Assembly: GCA_963732435.1 (NCBI GenBank)
Contig: CAVSZL010000013.1
Coordinates: 129,605-193,604 of the forward strand
Origin: an uncultured Bacteroidales bacterium
GTDB taxonomy: Bacteria; Bacteroidota; Bacteroidia; Bacteroidales; VadinHA17
Direction: 5' to 3'
DNA: 64,000 bases
Numbering within the stretch: the first letter of the stretch is position 1; the number at the start of each line of letters is the position of its first letter. The translations under genes were made by a program, and so were the position numbers. This document shows, piece after piece, positions 9,671-19,526 of the stretch. The notes under the pieces are model-generated. The model had not been told where the DNA came from. It saw only the letters and a list, made by a program, of their open reading frames with translations, and searched no databases.

Positions 9671-11932
9671 ATGAAGACAGATAAATTACTAATTCTGATA
9701 CTACTTATTTTTTTTGTAGCCATTAAGAGTGGATTTTCACAGAAAACTAAAATAACTATCCAGCTAAGTTCTTCTGACAAACAACTATTATTTGCAGGTG
9801 ACGAAATTAAGAATGCTGCTGAAAAAAATGGTTATGTTGTAACCCTTGTTAAATCTTTAAATGCTAAATCAAAAGACGAAATGATTGTAAAAATCATTTC
9901 CGATTCTGTATTATCAGTTAAAACTTGCAATAGCGACAATTTAATAATGCCTGAACAATTTGGCTGGCAATGTTATTCAATAAGAGTTAAAGAAACAGGA
10001 AGCCAGAAAATTATTTACATATTGGCTGGAGATAAAACCGGGTCAATGTATGGAGGGTTTGATATTGCTGAAGCATTTCGCCTGGAATCCACTAATTTTA
10101 TTTCTGATTCAGACAATAAGCCATATCTGGAACGACGTGGAATTAAATTTAACATTCCACTCGACCTCAGAACTCCAAGCTATTCAGATATGGGCGATGC
10201 AGCACAACAAAATATCCCTGTTGTGTGGGAAATGGATTTCTGGCGACAACAATTCGACGAAATGGCTCGCAACAGATACAATGTAATATCCTTGTGGAGC
10301 ATGAATCCGTTTCCATCACTCGTAAAAATCCCGGAGTTTCCAAAGATTGCTCTAAACGATGTATGGCGGACAAAAACAAAACTCGATGATAATTTCAGCC
10401 GTTTAGGGAAGGGATTTCTTACGCCGGCAATGCTTAGGAATTACGAGGTAGTTAAGAAAATAACCATTAATGAAAAGATTGAATTCTGGAAAAGAGTAAT
10501 GGAGTATGCACATAATAGGGGTATTGAAGTATATTGGTTTACATGGAACATTTTTACATATGGTGTTCAGGGGAAATATGGTATTGATGACAGGCAGGAT
10601 AATGACACTACAATTGCTTATTTCAGATCAGCTGTCAGGGAGATGGTGTTGACTTACCCTCATTTAAGCGGTATTGGAATCACTGCCGGGGAGAATATGG
10701 AGGAGAATAAGAGCAAATACTCCAATGAAGAGTGGCTATGGAAAACATATGGGAAAGGGATTGATGATGCTTTGCTCAAACAACCGGGTCGAAAAGTCAG
10801 ATTAATTCACCGGTTTCACCAAACCAGTCTTTCAAATATACTGGATGCTTTTAAAGGATACCATGGCACCTTTGATCTGAGCTATAAATATGCAATTGCA
10901 CATATGTATGCAGTTCCTGATCCGCCATATATCAAACCATATATGAGCATTCTTTCTTCAAAAATGAAAACATGGCTTACTGTCCGAAACGATGATATTT
11001 ATAGTTTCCGCTGGGGAAATCCCACTTTTGCCAGGCAATTTATACTTTCAATTCCAGAACCTGAGAAGATAGTTGGTTTCTATATGGGTCCCGATGGATA
11101 TACCTGGGCAAGAGATTTTCTTGGGAAAGACAATATTTCCCCCCGGCCTCTTATTATACAAAAGCAATGGTACTCCTTTATGCTATGGGGAAGATTAAGC
11201 TATGATCCTAATCTTAAGGATAACTTATTTCTGAAAACCATAGAAACACATTTTAAAGGTGTTCCCCCTCAGATCCTTATGGATGGATGGTCTGCAGCTT
11301 CCATGATTTTCCCATGGATTACCAGATTTTCATGGGGCAACACGGATCTAAGATGGTTTCCTGAAGCTTGCCTTAGCTATGCCGGTTATAAAGGATTCTA
11401 TACGGTTAAGGATTTTATGCAAGTTGAACCTGCACCAGGGAGTCATATTAGTAACGTTATCCGTTGGGCACAAAACTACAAATTTAACCTTTCCGACAGT
11501 TTAATATCTCCACTTGCAACTGCTGATACTTTAAGCAGATATGCGCGAATGGCGCTTATAAGTTTAAAATCTTTACCTGAGCGTAAAATTGGCACTTCAA
11601 GTGAACTTGACCTTACCCTTGGTGATATTGAAGCTTTTGCAACAATAGGCAACTATTATGCTGAGAAAATAAGAGGGGCATGCAGTCTGGCATTGTATAA
11701 TTTTTACGGGCTTAAACAGGATCAGTATGATGCCATTCAGCATCTCACAAACGCAAAGACTTTTTGGGTGAAATATGCTACTATCTATGATTCACAATAT
11801 AAACCTTCGTTGTTGACCAGGATGGGATTTGTAAACATACCTGAATTGGTTGAAAAGATAGATCAGGATATTAAAATAGCGTCGATATGGGTACCAGGCA
11901 CTATAAAAGGATACTTAAAAGGGAGTAATTAA
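9671..11932 (+). CDS. Uncharacterised putative glycoside hydrolase, paralog 2
   Basis: 753-aa ORF with signal peptide, collinear homology with 6324-8489 (SMYGGFDIAEAF, RGIKFNIPLDLRTPSYSD, GIGITAGENM, YKYAIAHMYA, FRWGNPTFARQF). Confidence 0.55.
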   Translation: MKTDKLLILILLIFFVAIKSGFSQKTKITIQLSSSDKQLLFAGDEIKNAAEKNGYVVTLVKSLNAKSKDEMIVKIISDSVLSVKTCNSDNLIMPEQFGWQCYSIRVKETGSQKIIYILAGDKTGSMYGGFDIAEAFRLESTNFISDSDNKPYLERRGIKFNIPLDLRTPSYSDMGDAAQQNIPVVWEMDFWRQQFDEMARNRYNVISLWSMNPFPSLVKIPEFPKIALNDVWRTKTKLDDNFSRLGKGFLTPAMLRNYEVVKKITINEKIEFWKRVMEYAHNRGIEVYWFTWNIFTYGVQGKYGIDDRQDNDTTIAYFRSAVREMVLTYPHLSGIGITAGENMEENKSKYSNEEWLWKTYGKGIDDALLKQPGRKVRLIHRFHQTSLSNILDAFKGYHGTFDLSYKYAIAHMYAVPDPPYIKPYMSILSSKMKTWLTVRNDDIYSFRWGNPTFARQFILSIPEPEKIVGFYMGPDGYTWARDFLGKDNISPRPLIIQKQWYSFMLWGRLSYDPNLKDNLFLKTIETHFKGVPPQILMDGWSAASMIFPWITRFSWGNTDLRWFPEACLSYAGYKGFYTVKDFMQVEPAPGSHISNVIRWAQNYKFNLSDSLISPLATADTLSRYARMALISLKSLPERKIGTSSELDLTLGDIEAFATIGNYYAEKIRGACSLALYNFYGLKQDQYDAIQHLTNAKTFWVKYATIYDSQYKPSLLTRMGFVNIPELVEKIDQDIKIASIWVPGTIKGYLKGSN

Positions 11933-11993
11933 CTGAAGTTACTATGTGTAAAAACTTTTCATTTATAGCAAATCAATAGTGTCCTCTTAATTC

Positions 11994-12017
11994 ATAACTT
12001 ATCCATTTAGAAGTGCT
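11994..12017 (+). repeat. 24-nt conserved intergenic box, copy 1 (ATAACTTATCCRTTTAGWAGTGYT)
   Basis: 21 of 24 positions identical to 14866-14889. Both copies lie 62-83 nt downstream of a GH stop codon. Confidence 0.5.
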
Positions 12018-12268
12018 ATTAATATATATAACTAGTAACATGAGTTATTGTGTAAAAGAAAACTGAATGAAACTTTTTCTTTACAGGGCAAGTCGTTAAA
12101 ATTGTGATGGTTAATGGTGTGTTTTGCTTTTTTGGCAACTATCCTTTATTCTTTATATCGTTTTTCACTTAATATCTCGCAGCTAATGATTATTATGGGA
12201 TTTTAGGGTGCCAGATTTACAACTGAAATCAAGCTGCTCTGGTTTTTACCACTTAATAATTATTAAAG

Positions 12269-12298
12269 GTAGTGGTAAATATAAACTTCCCCGTCTAA
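12269..12298 (+). promoter_or_regulatory. Two-box motif GTAGTGGTA-N15-GTCTAA, copy 2
   Basis: gtagtggta at 12269-12277 and gtctaa at 12293-12298, 50 nt upstream of the ATG at 12348. The upstream box also pairs with ttaccact at 12247-12254 (inverted repeat). Confidence 0.4.
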
Positions 12299-12347
12299 TA
12301 ATTGTAAAGAAACATAAACTCTAATAGACATCTAAAACCTGAAACAG

Positions 12348-14783
12348 ATGAAAAGATTCATACATTACATGATCTTCCTTATTCTTTTTTCGACAGTACT
12401 TATCGGATGCATCGAAAAACAGCCAGCAACACATCGACAACGTCTCTCCGGATTAAGGGAGAAAATTAGCGAAGTAAATTCCGCTCTTGAACGAGCCGAA
12501 GGATTTCAGAAGAAATCAGGTAATATTGATCTGCAAATAGCAACTTTCTTTGCGGATTATATCGCCTGGGAACTTGATAATGTTGAAATCACTAAAGATG
12601 CTCTTATGGGTAATGTGACCAATGTAATGGATCCTAAAAGCTTTGATATTAAACCAACTACAAATAGCGATTCATTGGAACGTGAAAGGCGTTATCAGAA
12701 CCATATTGATTTTGAGCTCAAAAGTTCTATGGAAATACTCGACCAGGCGCTGACCCGCCTGAAAAAAGATGCCGATTGGCCTGTAGTACAGGACATCCAG
12801 TGGAACCATATGAAATTCGAAAATGGATATTTTCGAGTTAACGGGCATCCGGTATTTTCCGGAGGATTTAATTTAATAGATAGAAGCCTGGTGGAGGCAG
12901 AAAAATATCCTGAGTGGGCGGAAAAGGATAAAATGCTTATCCCTGAGTTCCTTCAAAAGATGCAAGGAATTGGTGTTGGAATACTCAGCATAGGTATGAA
13001 TATGCCTAATCTGGTAATGGAAAATGGTAATATCGACAGAGATCGTATCCTGAAATTTACTGAAGAGGTTAAGCGCTATAGTCAGAATGGTTTTAAAATC
13101 GATGTTTTGTTTGGATGGACTGGTAATTCGGAGATACTTGAAAAACGTTGGCCGGGCATCACCAAATATTACAGCCATTTTGTACATCTTGATCCTGATC
13201 ATCCCGGAACCAGGGTATTGATATCAACAGCTATGGCAGAATTGATGCCGGCACTTCAGAATCAGAAGGCTATTGTTTCTTGGGATATGGCCAACGAACC
13301 CTTCTTCAATATTAACATGTGGAGTCCTTACACTTTGCAGAAATATCGTACTTGGCTGGCCGGGCAATATAAAACAATAGAACGGTTGAATGCTGTCTGG
13401 AAGACCAATTATTCCGGTTTCGGAGCTATTCCGCTTCCCGAGAATAAAACGCAGCTAGAGTGCTCTCCTGGTGAATGGTACGACATGGTGACATTTCATA
13501 ATTACAGGGTGAAGATGTTTTTTGAGTTTTTCCAGGGCGAAATTCGCAAATATTTGCCCGATGCCATTATTCACATGAAAGCACAGGATAATTCGAGCCT
13601 TGGTCCCAGGCCCATCGCCGTGACAGAAGGCATAGACCGGGAAATGCTGACACCTCTGGTGAATATGCAGGGCGTTGATACCCGTGCTCTACCTGTTACC
13701 GAACCTCGTATGGCGGCTGGCGATTTTGATGCGAACCGAACGATGGCCATGAATTATGATGGATCAATTTATGGATTCCACTGGTTAGGACAATCTTTTT
13801 TATATGATTATCTGACTTCTCTTGGGCCTCAACTACCGGTTATCGATTTCGAATATCATGCTTTTTCAATCAACAATATCCGCGTTCCCGAAATGCAGCA
13901 GAGTCACCCCCGGGCAACACTATGGCTGGCTCATCTCCACGGACTAATCAGCAATATTACCTGGTACTGGCATAGGCGGTACGGGCCGAATCCCTTTCCA
14001 AATAACGATTTAATGATGTGGTTTTATGGTAGCATTTCCACTCAGCCACTTATCGCAGCTGAATATTTTCAAACCATTCTGAAACTTAATGCTTTTGCTG
14101 ATGAAGTGGAGGCACTGGCAACTGAACCAATCGGACCGGTACGTTTGCTGGTTTCCAATCCGTCCTATATTCAGAATCAGGCTCATATCAACGCTTTACA
14201 CAGGGCTTATGAAGCCACCTGCTTTAATGGGAAACGTATAGGATTTGTTACGGAACAAATGTTGACTGACAACGGAGTTCCTGAGGGATGTAAATTGATC
14301 ATCATACCGGCTGTGGAGTTTATCAGTGAATCAGCATTGAAAGTACTGAAAGAGTCCTTGCAGGGCGGCGTCCGGCTTGTCAGGTTTGGTGACCGGACCC
14401 CTGCCTTTAACCCCCATGGTCTGCCACATTCACAGGGAATGTTGGATTTTTTAAATGATGTACCAGTGTATGAATCCGCAGCAGCACCTGAACTTTCCAT
14501 CGAGTTAGAATCCATACTTTCACCATTCTATTCTGAACTTCCAGTAAAGGTGAATGTAGTTGGCAGCAAAGGCGCTTTCGGTGTAATGCACAGACAGACA
14601 CAGGTTAATGGAAATCAGGTAGTATTGATGGTTAATGTGTCTTCCAAACCTGTACAGGTTGAATTGCTTTCGAAGGAGGGACAAGCAATCGACGGTTATG
14701 ATGTGCTGAATGCCGAGTCTGTTACAGGAAATAGTATAAACCTGCCCATTCAGGGAGTGAGACTAATAAAAGTTAGCTTATAA
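12348..14783 (+). CDS. Putative clan GH-A TIM-barrel glycoside hydrolase (GH42/GH5-like), lipoprotein
   Basis: Lipoprotein signal VLIGC. WDMANEP acid/base-like motif. A C-terminal region resembles the beta-galactosidase trimerisation/Greek-key modules of GH42. Family assignment is tentative. Confidence 0.5.
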   Translation: MKRFIHYMIFLILFSTVLIGCIEKQPATHRQRLSGLREKISEVNSALERAEGFQKKSGNIDLQIATFFADYIAWELDNVEITKDALMGNVTNVMDPKSFDIKPTTNSDSLERERRYQNHIDFELKSSMEILDQALTRLKKDADWPVVQDIQWNHMKFENGYFRVNGHPVFSGGFNLIDRSLVEAEKYPEWAEKDKMLIPEFLQKMQGIGVGILSIGMNMPNLVMENGNIDRDRILKFTEEVKRYSQNGFKIDVLFGWTGNSEILEKRWPGITKYYSHFVHLDPDHPGTRVLISTAMAELMPALQNQKAIVSWDMANEPFFNINMWSPYTLQKYRTWLAGQYKTIERLNAVWKTNYSGFGAIPLPENKTQLECSPGEWYDMVTFHNYRVKMFFEFFQGEIRKYLPDAIIHMKAQDNSSLGPRPIAVTEGIDREMLTPLVNMQGVDTRALPVTEPRMAAGDFDANRTMAMNYDGSIYGFHWLGQSFLYDYLTSLGPQLPVIDFEYHAFSINNIRVPEMQQSHPRATLWLAHLHGLISNITWYWHRRYGPNPFPNNDLMMWFYGSISTQPLIAAEYFQTILKLNAFADEVEALATEPIGPVRLLVSNPSYIQNQAHINALHRAYEATCFNGKRIGFVTEQMLTDNGVPEGCKLIIIPAVEFISESALKVLKESLQGGVRLVRFGDRTPAFNPHGLPHSQGMLDFLNDVPVYESAAAPELSIELESILSPFYSELPVKVNVVGSKGAFGVMHRQTQVNGNQVVLMVNVSSKPVQVELLSKEGQAIDGYDVLNAESVTGNSINLPIQGVRLIKVSL

Positions 14784-14811
14784 CATCAGTAGTGTCGGAC
14801 TAAAATAAGGC

Positions 14812-14860
14812 GATTACCTTCAGTGAACTTTGCGAGATCATCGAAGGTAATCTCTTTTTA
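14812..14860 (+). terminator. Rho-independent terminator candidate
   Basis: Perfect 10-bp stem gattaccttc (14812-14821) / gaaggtaatc (14843-14852), extendable by 3 bp, followed by tcttttta. Begins 29 nt after the stop at 14783. Confidence 0.6.
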
Positions 14861-14865
14861 ATATT

Positions 14866-14889
14866 ATAACTTATCCGTTTAGTAGTGTT
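14866..14889 (+). repeat. 24-nt conserved intergenic box, copy 2
   Basis: ataacttatccgtttagtagtgtt vs ataacttatccatttagaagtgct at 11994. Confidence 0.5.
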
Positions 14890-15209
14890 GAGATTATATT
14901 TTATGTTTTGGGTCTTAGATATTTTTTGGAAATAAACACATATGAGAAATAATAATTTTAATTGAGTAGTAACAGACAGGATGATAAGCAATCTCTAACT
15001 GGGATTCATTATTAATTTTTTTATTCAACTAACCAGACAAGAATTAATAAAGATAGGATAGGGTATGAATGATCTTTTTAACAGGTAGTTTTTGCAAAAT
15101 TAAATATCTCAACAAACATTATCTCTTAATTAGATTCAAGACAATTAATTCTTGACCTCAATCTTAAAAAACAAGAGTATCACTGTTATAATTCTTTTAT
15201 TCATCAGGT

Positions 15210-15239
15210 GTAGTGGTAGAGCTCCTCTTTTGAGTCTTA
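15210..15239 (+). promoter_or_regulatory. Two-box motif GTAGTGGTA-N15-GTCTTA, copy 3
   Basis: gtagtggta at 15210-15218 and ttgagtctta at 15230-15239, identical to ttgagtctta at 5790-5799. Lies 108 nt upstream of the ATG at 15347. Confidence 0.4.
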
Positions 15240-15346
15240 TTATTGAATATGATCAATCAAAGAACCTTTGCTGACCGGGAATTTAAAATATCATATTCGG
15301 TATAAAGTAATAAATATGAATTTCTAACTATATAACTTAAAAATCA

Positions 15347-18300
15347 ATGAACCCAAAAATTCAAATCTTACTTCTATTCTGTTTTTTCGGAACTTTGAGT
15401 GCACAACCCGATGAGAATTATATAAGGAAACTGACAGGGGAGATAAAAACAGAATGGATTACATCAACTGGCAATTCTGTCAAATCTCAACAATTAAAAT
15501 GGAGTATAAAGAAAGCTCCGGGTTTCAATAATACCGATATATCATCAAGGAAGCAGGCAATCTTATCAGATTCATGGAGCTTTTACAAAATCGATACCAC
15601 CGGATCAGTTGGTAAAGTAACAGATATTAAATTCCCTCATAAATTTGATCTCAACAGGGATTATAAATCTGGCTGGTATTTTATGAAATACCATCTTGAT
15701 AAAAGCCCTGACAAGAAATACATTCTTCTGCTTGACAGGATCCAGATGTTCAGTATGGTTTTTGTGAATGGAAAACGTTGCGTTCATCATTTTGGTGGCT
15801 GCACACCTTTTGAAACTGATATTACCAATGCTCTGATTGCCGGAGATAATGTAATTGCGATATTTGTATATGACCAGAATTCTGCAATTGACGGGAATAA
15901 AGCATATAATCAGCTGGGTACCACACGACTCAGATCAGTTTATAATCCAACAGCAGCAAAAGAATTACCGGGCGGTGTAGACTGCATACCAACTCTGGAA
16001 GTCAGGGAAAAGGCTTACATACGGGATGTTTTTGTAAAAACATCCACCAGAATGGGAGAAATGGAGATTGAATATGAACTCGCTTCAGCCACAGAACTCG
16101 CCTCAGGTTCAAAGTTATCATTTGAATTGTATAAATGGCCTGATGGTAAAAAAGTGAATCTCAGCATCCCTGAAGTATCATTGAATAGTTCAGCAAATGG
16201 TATTAATACATGTAAAGTAAAATGGGCAAATCCGGAATTATGGAGTCCTGATCATCCTGAACTGTATGTTTTAAGAACTTCATTTCAAAACGGGGAACAA
16301 AAAGATGTCCTTGATACAAGATTCGGTTTCCGCGAATTCTGGATAGAAGGTAAAACATTTATGCTTAATGGTTCACCGATAAGGTTAAGAGGTGAATCTT
16401 ATTATTTTCCGGTTTTAACAGGAAGAGATTTTCACCGTGAGGCATTCAAGGTTCATAAAAGGCTTTTTGGCTCAAATGCATGCAGGTTACATGCATTTAT
16501 GCCACACGGTGATGTTGTTCATGGTGCGGATGAAGCAGGTGTATTACTTATTGATCAGTCGGCGATATGGTCTGAAAGTGCTAGCTATTACAGAAATGGC
16601 GGTGAGTGGTTCCTGAAAAATACAGAGAAGGAGTTTGAGGAATGGGCAAGAAGGGACCGTAATAGTCCTTCAGTGGTAATTTGGGATGTTGAAAATGAAA
16701 TGCTCCGGATTAGTTTTGTTCTGCATCTGCCATGGGTTAGCAAGCTAAATGGATATATCGAAAAATTCGATAACACCCGTCCGTTTAATAATTCAGGAGC
16801 CGGTTGGTTTAGTGCTGATCAGGATATGGTTTTATTGCATATGCAGGAACACTATACAAAAATCACATCTGATTGGATTGAGAAAGGAACAAATCCACTT
16901 ATTAACGGCGAGTTTTGGGTTGGAGGAAGAGCTGAAGAACGACTTCCAAATTCACCGGAATTAAAAACAGCGGCTCAACGCTATACAGATGAAGGCAAAA
17001 TTTATGAGGAAAAGTTGCTTGAGATGCGATATATGGGAGTTTCAGGTGTTATGCCCTTTAGAATATCACAGGTGGCTTTTTTGGAGAGACGGAATTCTTC
17101 AGGTTACAATTTTGTACCACCTGATAAATTAGATGTTCAAATTCGATCAGAAGAAGGAATTCAAAGGATAAGACATGGTTTGCAACCGGAAACAATTTTT
17201 TTCTGGCCAAGACAATTTTATGCTCCTTCCGGCAATAATCTGAAAAGAGAATTGGTGATCTGTAATGACGGTGAAACTGCTGGTAGTTTCGAAGTTACCT
17301 GGAAGTGGGATAACGAGACAGGCAAAAGCCAGACAATCAGTCTACAACCAACTGAACAAAAGAGAATCATAATCAATGAAAATCCACAGGCAAATGCAAG
17401 AAAGCTTATAGCAACTTTAAGTAAAAATAGCAAAGTGATTTCATCTGATACGCTTCTTATAAGCCCAATAACGATACCAAAAGTTAATTTGTCAAAAAAT
17501 ATCGTTATCTATAATGATGCGACTTTATCAAAAACACTTAATGATGAAGGAATAAAATCAGTTTCCGAAAATACTATTCCAAAAGATATCAGTAAAGTCC
17601 TTCTCATAATACCTGAGCATGCCAATACGAGAGAGCTTATCCTGCATAAAGACAAAATAATGACATTTCTAAAGAATGGAGGAACCATTTTGTGTCTGAA
17701 ACAAGATCAGTCTCCTACATGGTTTCCGGTGAAATTCCATTACTGGTCCGCCAACCAGACATCACCCCATAATTATGCTATGATGGGATGGGCAGGACTA
17801 AATAAAAACCTCTTCTTTTCAACCGAAGCACCAATTCTGGCAACTTCTCATCCAATATTTGCAGGGATAAATAGTGAAGCATTGCATCAATGGGACAAAT
17901 TTGATGGAAGAGTAAGTGATGACGTTTTTGCCAGACCTGCTATAATCAATAAATATGAACAGGGAAACTGGCGTCCACTGGCGAGTGGTACCAGGAGAGA
18001 GCATATCAGTTTATCAGAAATTTCTTATGGCAAAGGAACTATGATTTCATGCCAGCTTAACCTCATTGAAAATCTTGAAAATACCCAAGCTAAAGCTCTG
18101 TTTTTCAATATTTTGAATTATCTTTCCAATAAAAAGCCTGAATCATTAAACAGCAGAATTGCCTTAAGAGGTAGCCTTAATGAGTCTGATTTATCAAAAC
18201 TGACTGGCGCTCCTGCTAAAGTATTTAAAGGGGCAAGTTCACAAAAAAACAATTTAATGATCGCCAGTGACGGAGCTGATATTTCAGAAATTAAAAAATG

Positions 18301-19408
18301 GGCATCCGATGGGGGCAAGGTAATTGTATTTTCAAATAAAATATCACAACTATTTGAGGGGGTTGAGTTTAACTCGTCTTCTCAAAAGCAATACTACGCT
18401 ACCAAAATATCAGATCACCCTCTTCTTTATGGAGTATCATCTGCAAACTTCTTAGATGCGACTATTCCTGTTATAAGCGGATATTTCACAAGTTTGCCAT
18501 CACAGGCAAAAGTCCTGTTGCAGGGTTTTTCAACCGATAAAAGCAAAACTCAGGCTAAATTGAACGATTTGTGGTCAATTGAAGATGCTGGACCAATTAT
18601 GATATCCCTACCATTCGGGAAGGGAGAAATTTTATTGTCGACTATTGAATTTAAAATACCGGCAAGCACCTCTTCAAGTGAATTACTTTGTCTGATTCTG
18701 ACAAATGCCGGAATTGAGATACCATATAATCAGATCAGCGTTGATGAAATAGCAATAAAGAAAACTGTTCCATTGATTCTCGACGGCAATTTGAACGACT
18801 GGACAGAAGATATGGAGGATAGGTTGGTAACTAAATTTACCCACGCACAACCGGTTTACCTTACATCCGAAAGTATTGTGGAGGGGCCACCCGAATTTGA
18901 TCTGAATTTGTCAGCAATCAATTACTTTATGTGGAACGAACAGGCTTTGTTTATTTCCGGTGTCGTTTTCAGCGAAGAAAAAACATTCGAGGCAGGAGTA
19001 AATTTTGGCAGTAAAAAGGAATATAAACTCGATATTCTATATAATAAAGACGTAATCAACATTGCCTACATAAACAATGAAGCAAAGATTATGGTGAATG
19101 GAAAAACAGATAATAATGTAGTAATTAAGACCTCCCAGATCAGTTCAAAAAATCTTACTGATGCTTCTGTTCTTCAGTTTAATCTGATACTGAAGAGTGG
19201 AAAGATTGAAACTATTGAAAGTCTTATTGGTGAGACATTCGAAGTGATGATACCCTGGGAAAACTTAAATAGTGTACATACCAATGAAACAGCAAAAGCT
19301 TTTATAACCATTGAATCCAAAGGCTCTAAACTTCAGGTTCCGTTTATATCAAATCAGAAGAATGAAGAAAGCTGGCTGAATATGAAACTGAAATCCAACA
19401 TAAAATAA
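15347..19408 (+). CDS. Large multidomain GH2 family glycosidase with C-terminal CBM9-like module
   Basis: GH2 sugar-binding jelly-roll (GWYFMKYHL..FVNGKRCVHHFGGCTPFETDIT). ELWSPDHPELYVL..FGFREFWIEGKTFMLNGSPIRLRGES. Catalytic barrel with VVIWDVENEM. C-terminal VPLILDGNLNDWTED is CBM9-like. Confidence 0.75.
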   Translation: MNPKIQILLLFCFFGTLSAQPDENYIRKLTGEIKTEWITSTGNSVKSQQLKWSIKKAPGFNNTDISSRKQAILSDSWSFYKIDTTGSVGKVTDIKFPHKFDLNRDYKSGWYFMKYHLDKSPDKKYILLLDRIQMFSMVFVNGKRCVHHFGGCTPFETDITNALIAGDNVIAIFVYDQNSAIDGNKAYNQLGTTRLRSVYNPTAAKELPGGVDCIPTLEVREKAYIRDVFVKTSTRMGEMEIEYELASATELASGSKLSFELYKWPDGKKVNLSIPEVSLNSSANGINTCKVKWANPELWSPDHPELYVLRTSFQNGEQKDVLDTRFGFREFWIEGKTFMLNGSPIRLRGESYYFPVLTGRDFHREAFKVHKRLFGSNACRLHAFMPHGDVVHGADEAGVLLIDQSAIWSESASYYRNGGEWFLKNTEKEFEEWARRDRNSPSVVIWDVENEMLRISFVLHLPWVSKLNGYIEKFDNTRPFNNSGAGWFSADQDMVLLHMQEHYTKITSDWIEKGTNPLINGEFWVGGRAEERLPNSPELKTAAQRYTDEGKIYEEKLLEMRYMGVSGVMPFRISQVAFLERRNSSGYNFVPPDKLDVQIRSEEGIQRIRHGLQPETIFFWPRQFYAPSGNNLKRELVICNDGETAGSFEVTWKWDNETGKSQTISLQPTEQKRIIINENPQANARKLIATLSKNSKVISSDTLLISPITIPKVNLSKNIVIYNDATLSKTLNDEGIKSVSENTIPKDISKVLLIIPEHANTRELILHKDKIMTFLKNGGTILCLKQDQSPTWFPVKFHYWSANQTSPHNYAMMGWAGLNKNLFFSTEAPILATSHPIFAGINSEALHQWDKFDGRVSDDVFARPAIINKYEQGNWRPLASGTRREHISLSEISYGKGTMISCQLNLIENLENTQAKALFFNILNYLSNKKPESLNSRIALRGSLNESDLSKLTGAPAKVFKGASSQKNNLMIASDGADISEIKKWASDGGKVIVFSNKISQLFEGVEFNSSSQKQYYATKISDHPLLYGVSSANFLDATIPVISGYFTSLPSQAKVLLQGFSTDKSKTQAKLNDLWSIEDAGPIMISLPFGKGEILLSTIEFKIPASTSSSELLCLILTNAGIEIPYNQISVDEIAIKKTVPLILDGNLNDWTEDMEDRLVTKFTHAQPVYLTSESIVEGPPEFDLNLSAINYFMWNEQALFISGVVFSEEKTFEAGVNFGSKKEYKLDILYNKDVINIAYINNEAKIMVNGKTDNNVVIKTSQISSKNLTDASVLQFNLILKSGKIETIESLIGETFEVMIPWENLNSVHTNETAKAFITIESKGSKLQVPFISNQKNEESWLNMKLKSNIK

Positions 19409-19526
19409 TAATGTAACTTTACAAAATAAGGCAAATTATTATAGGCTTGGATTCTTATTTAGTCAGTACTCATAATCGTACAATTCAATTAATTGGAAAT
19501 TAATTTTTAGAAAAATATCTTAAGAG

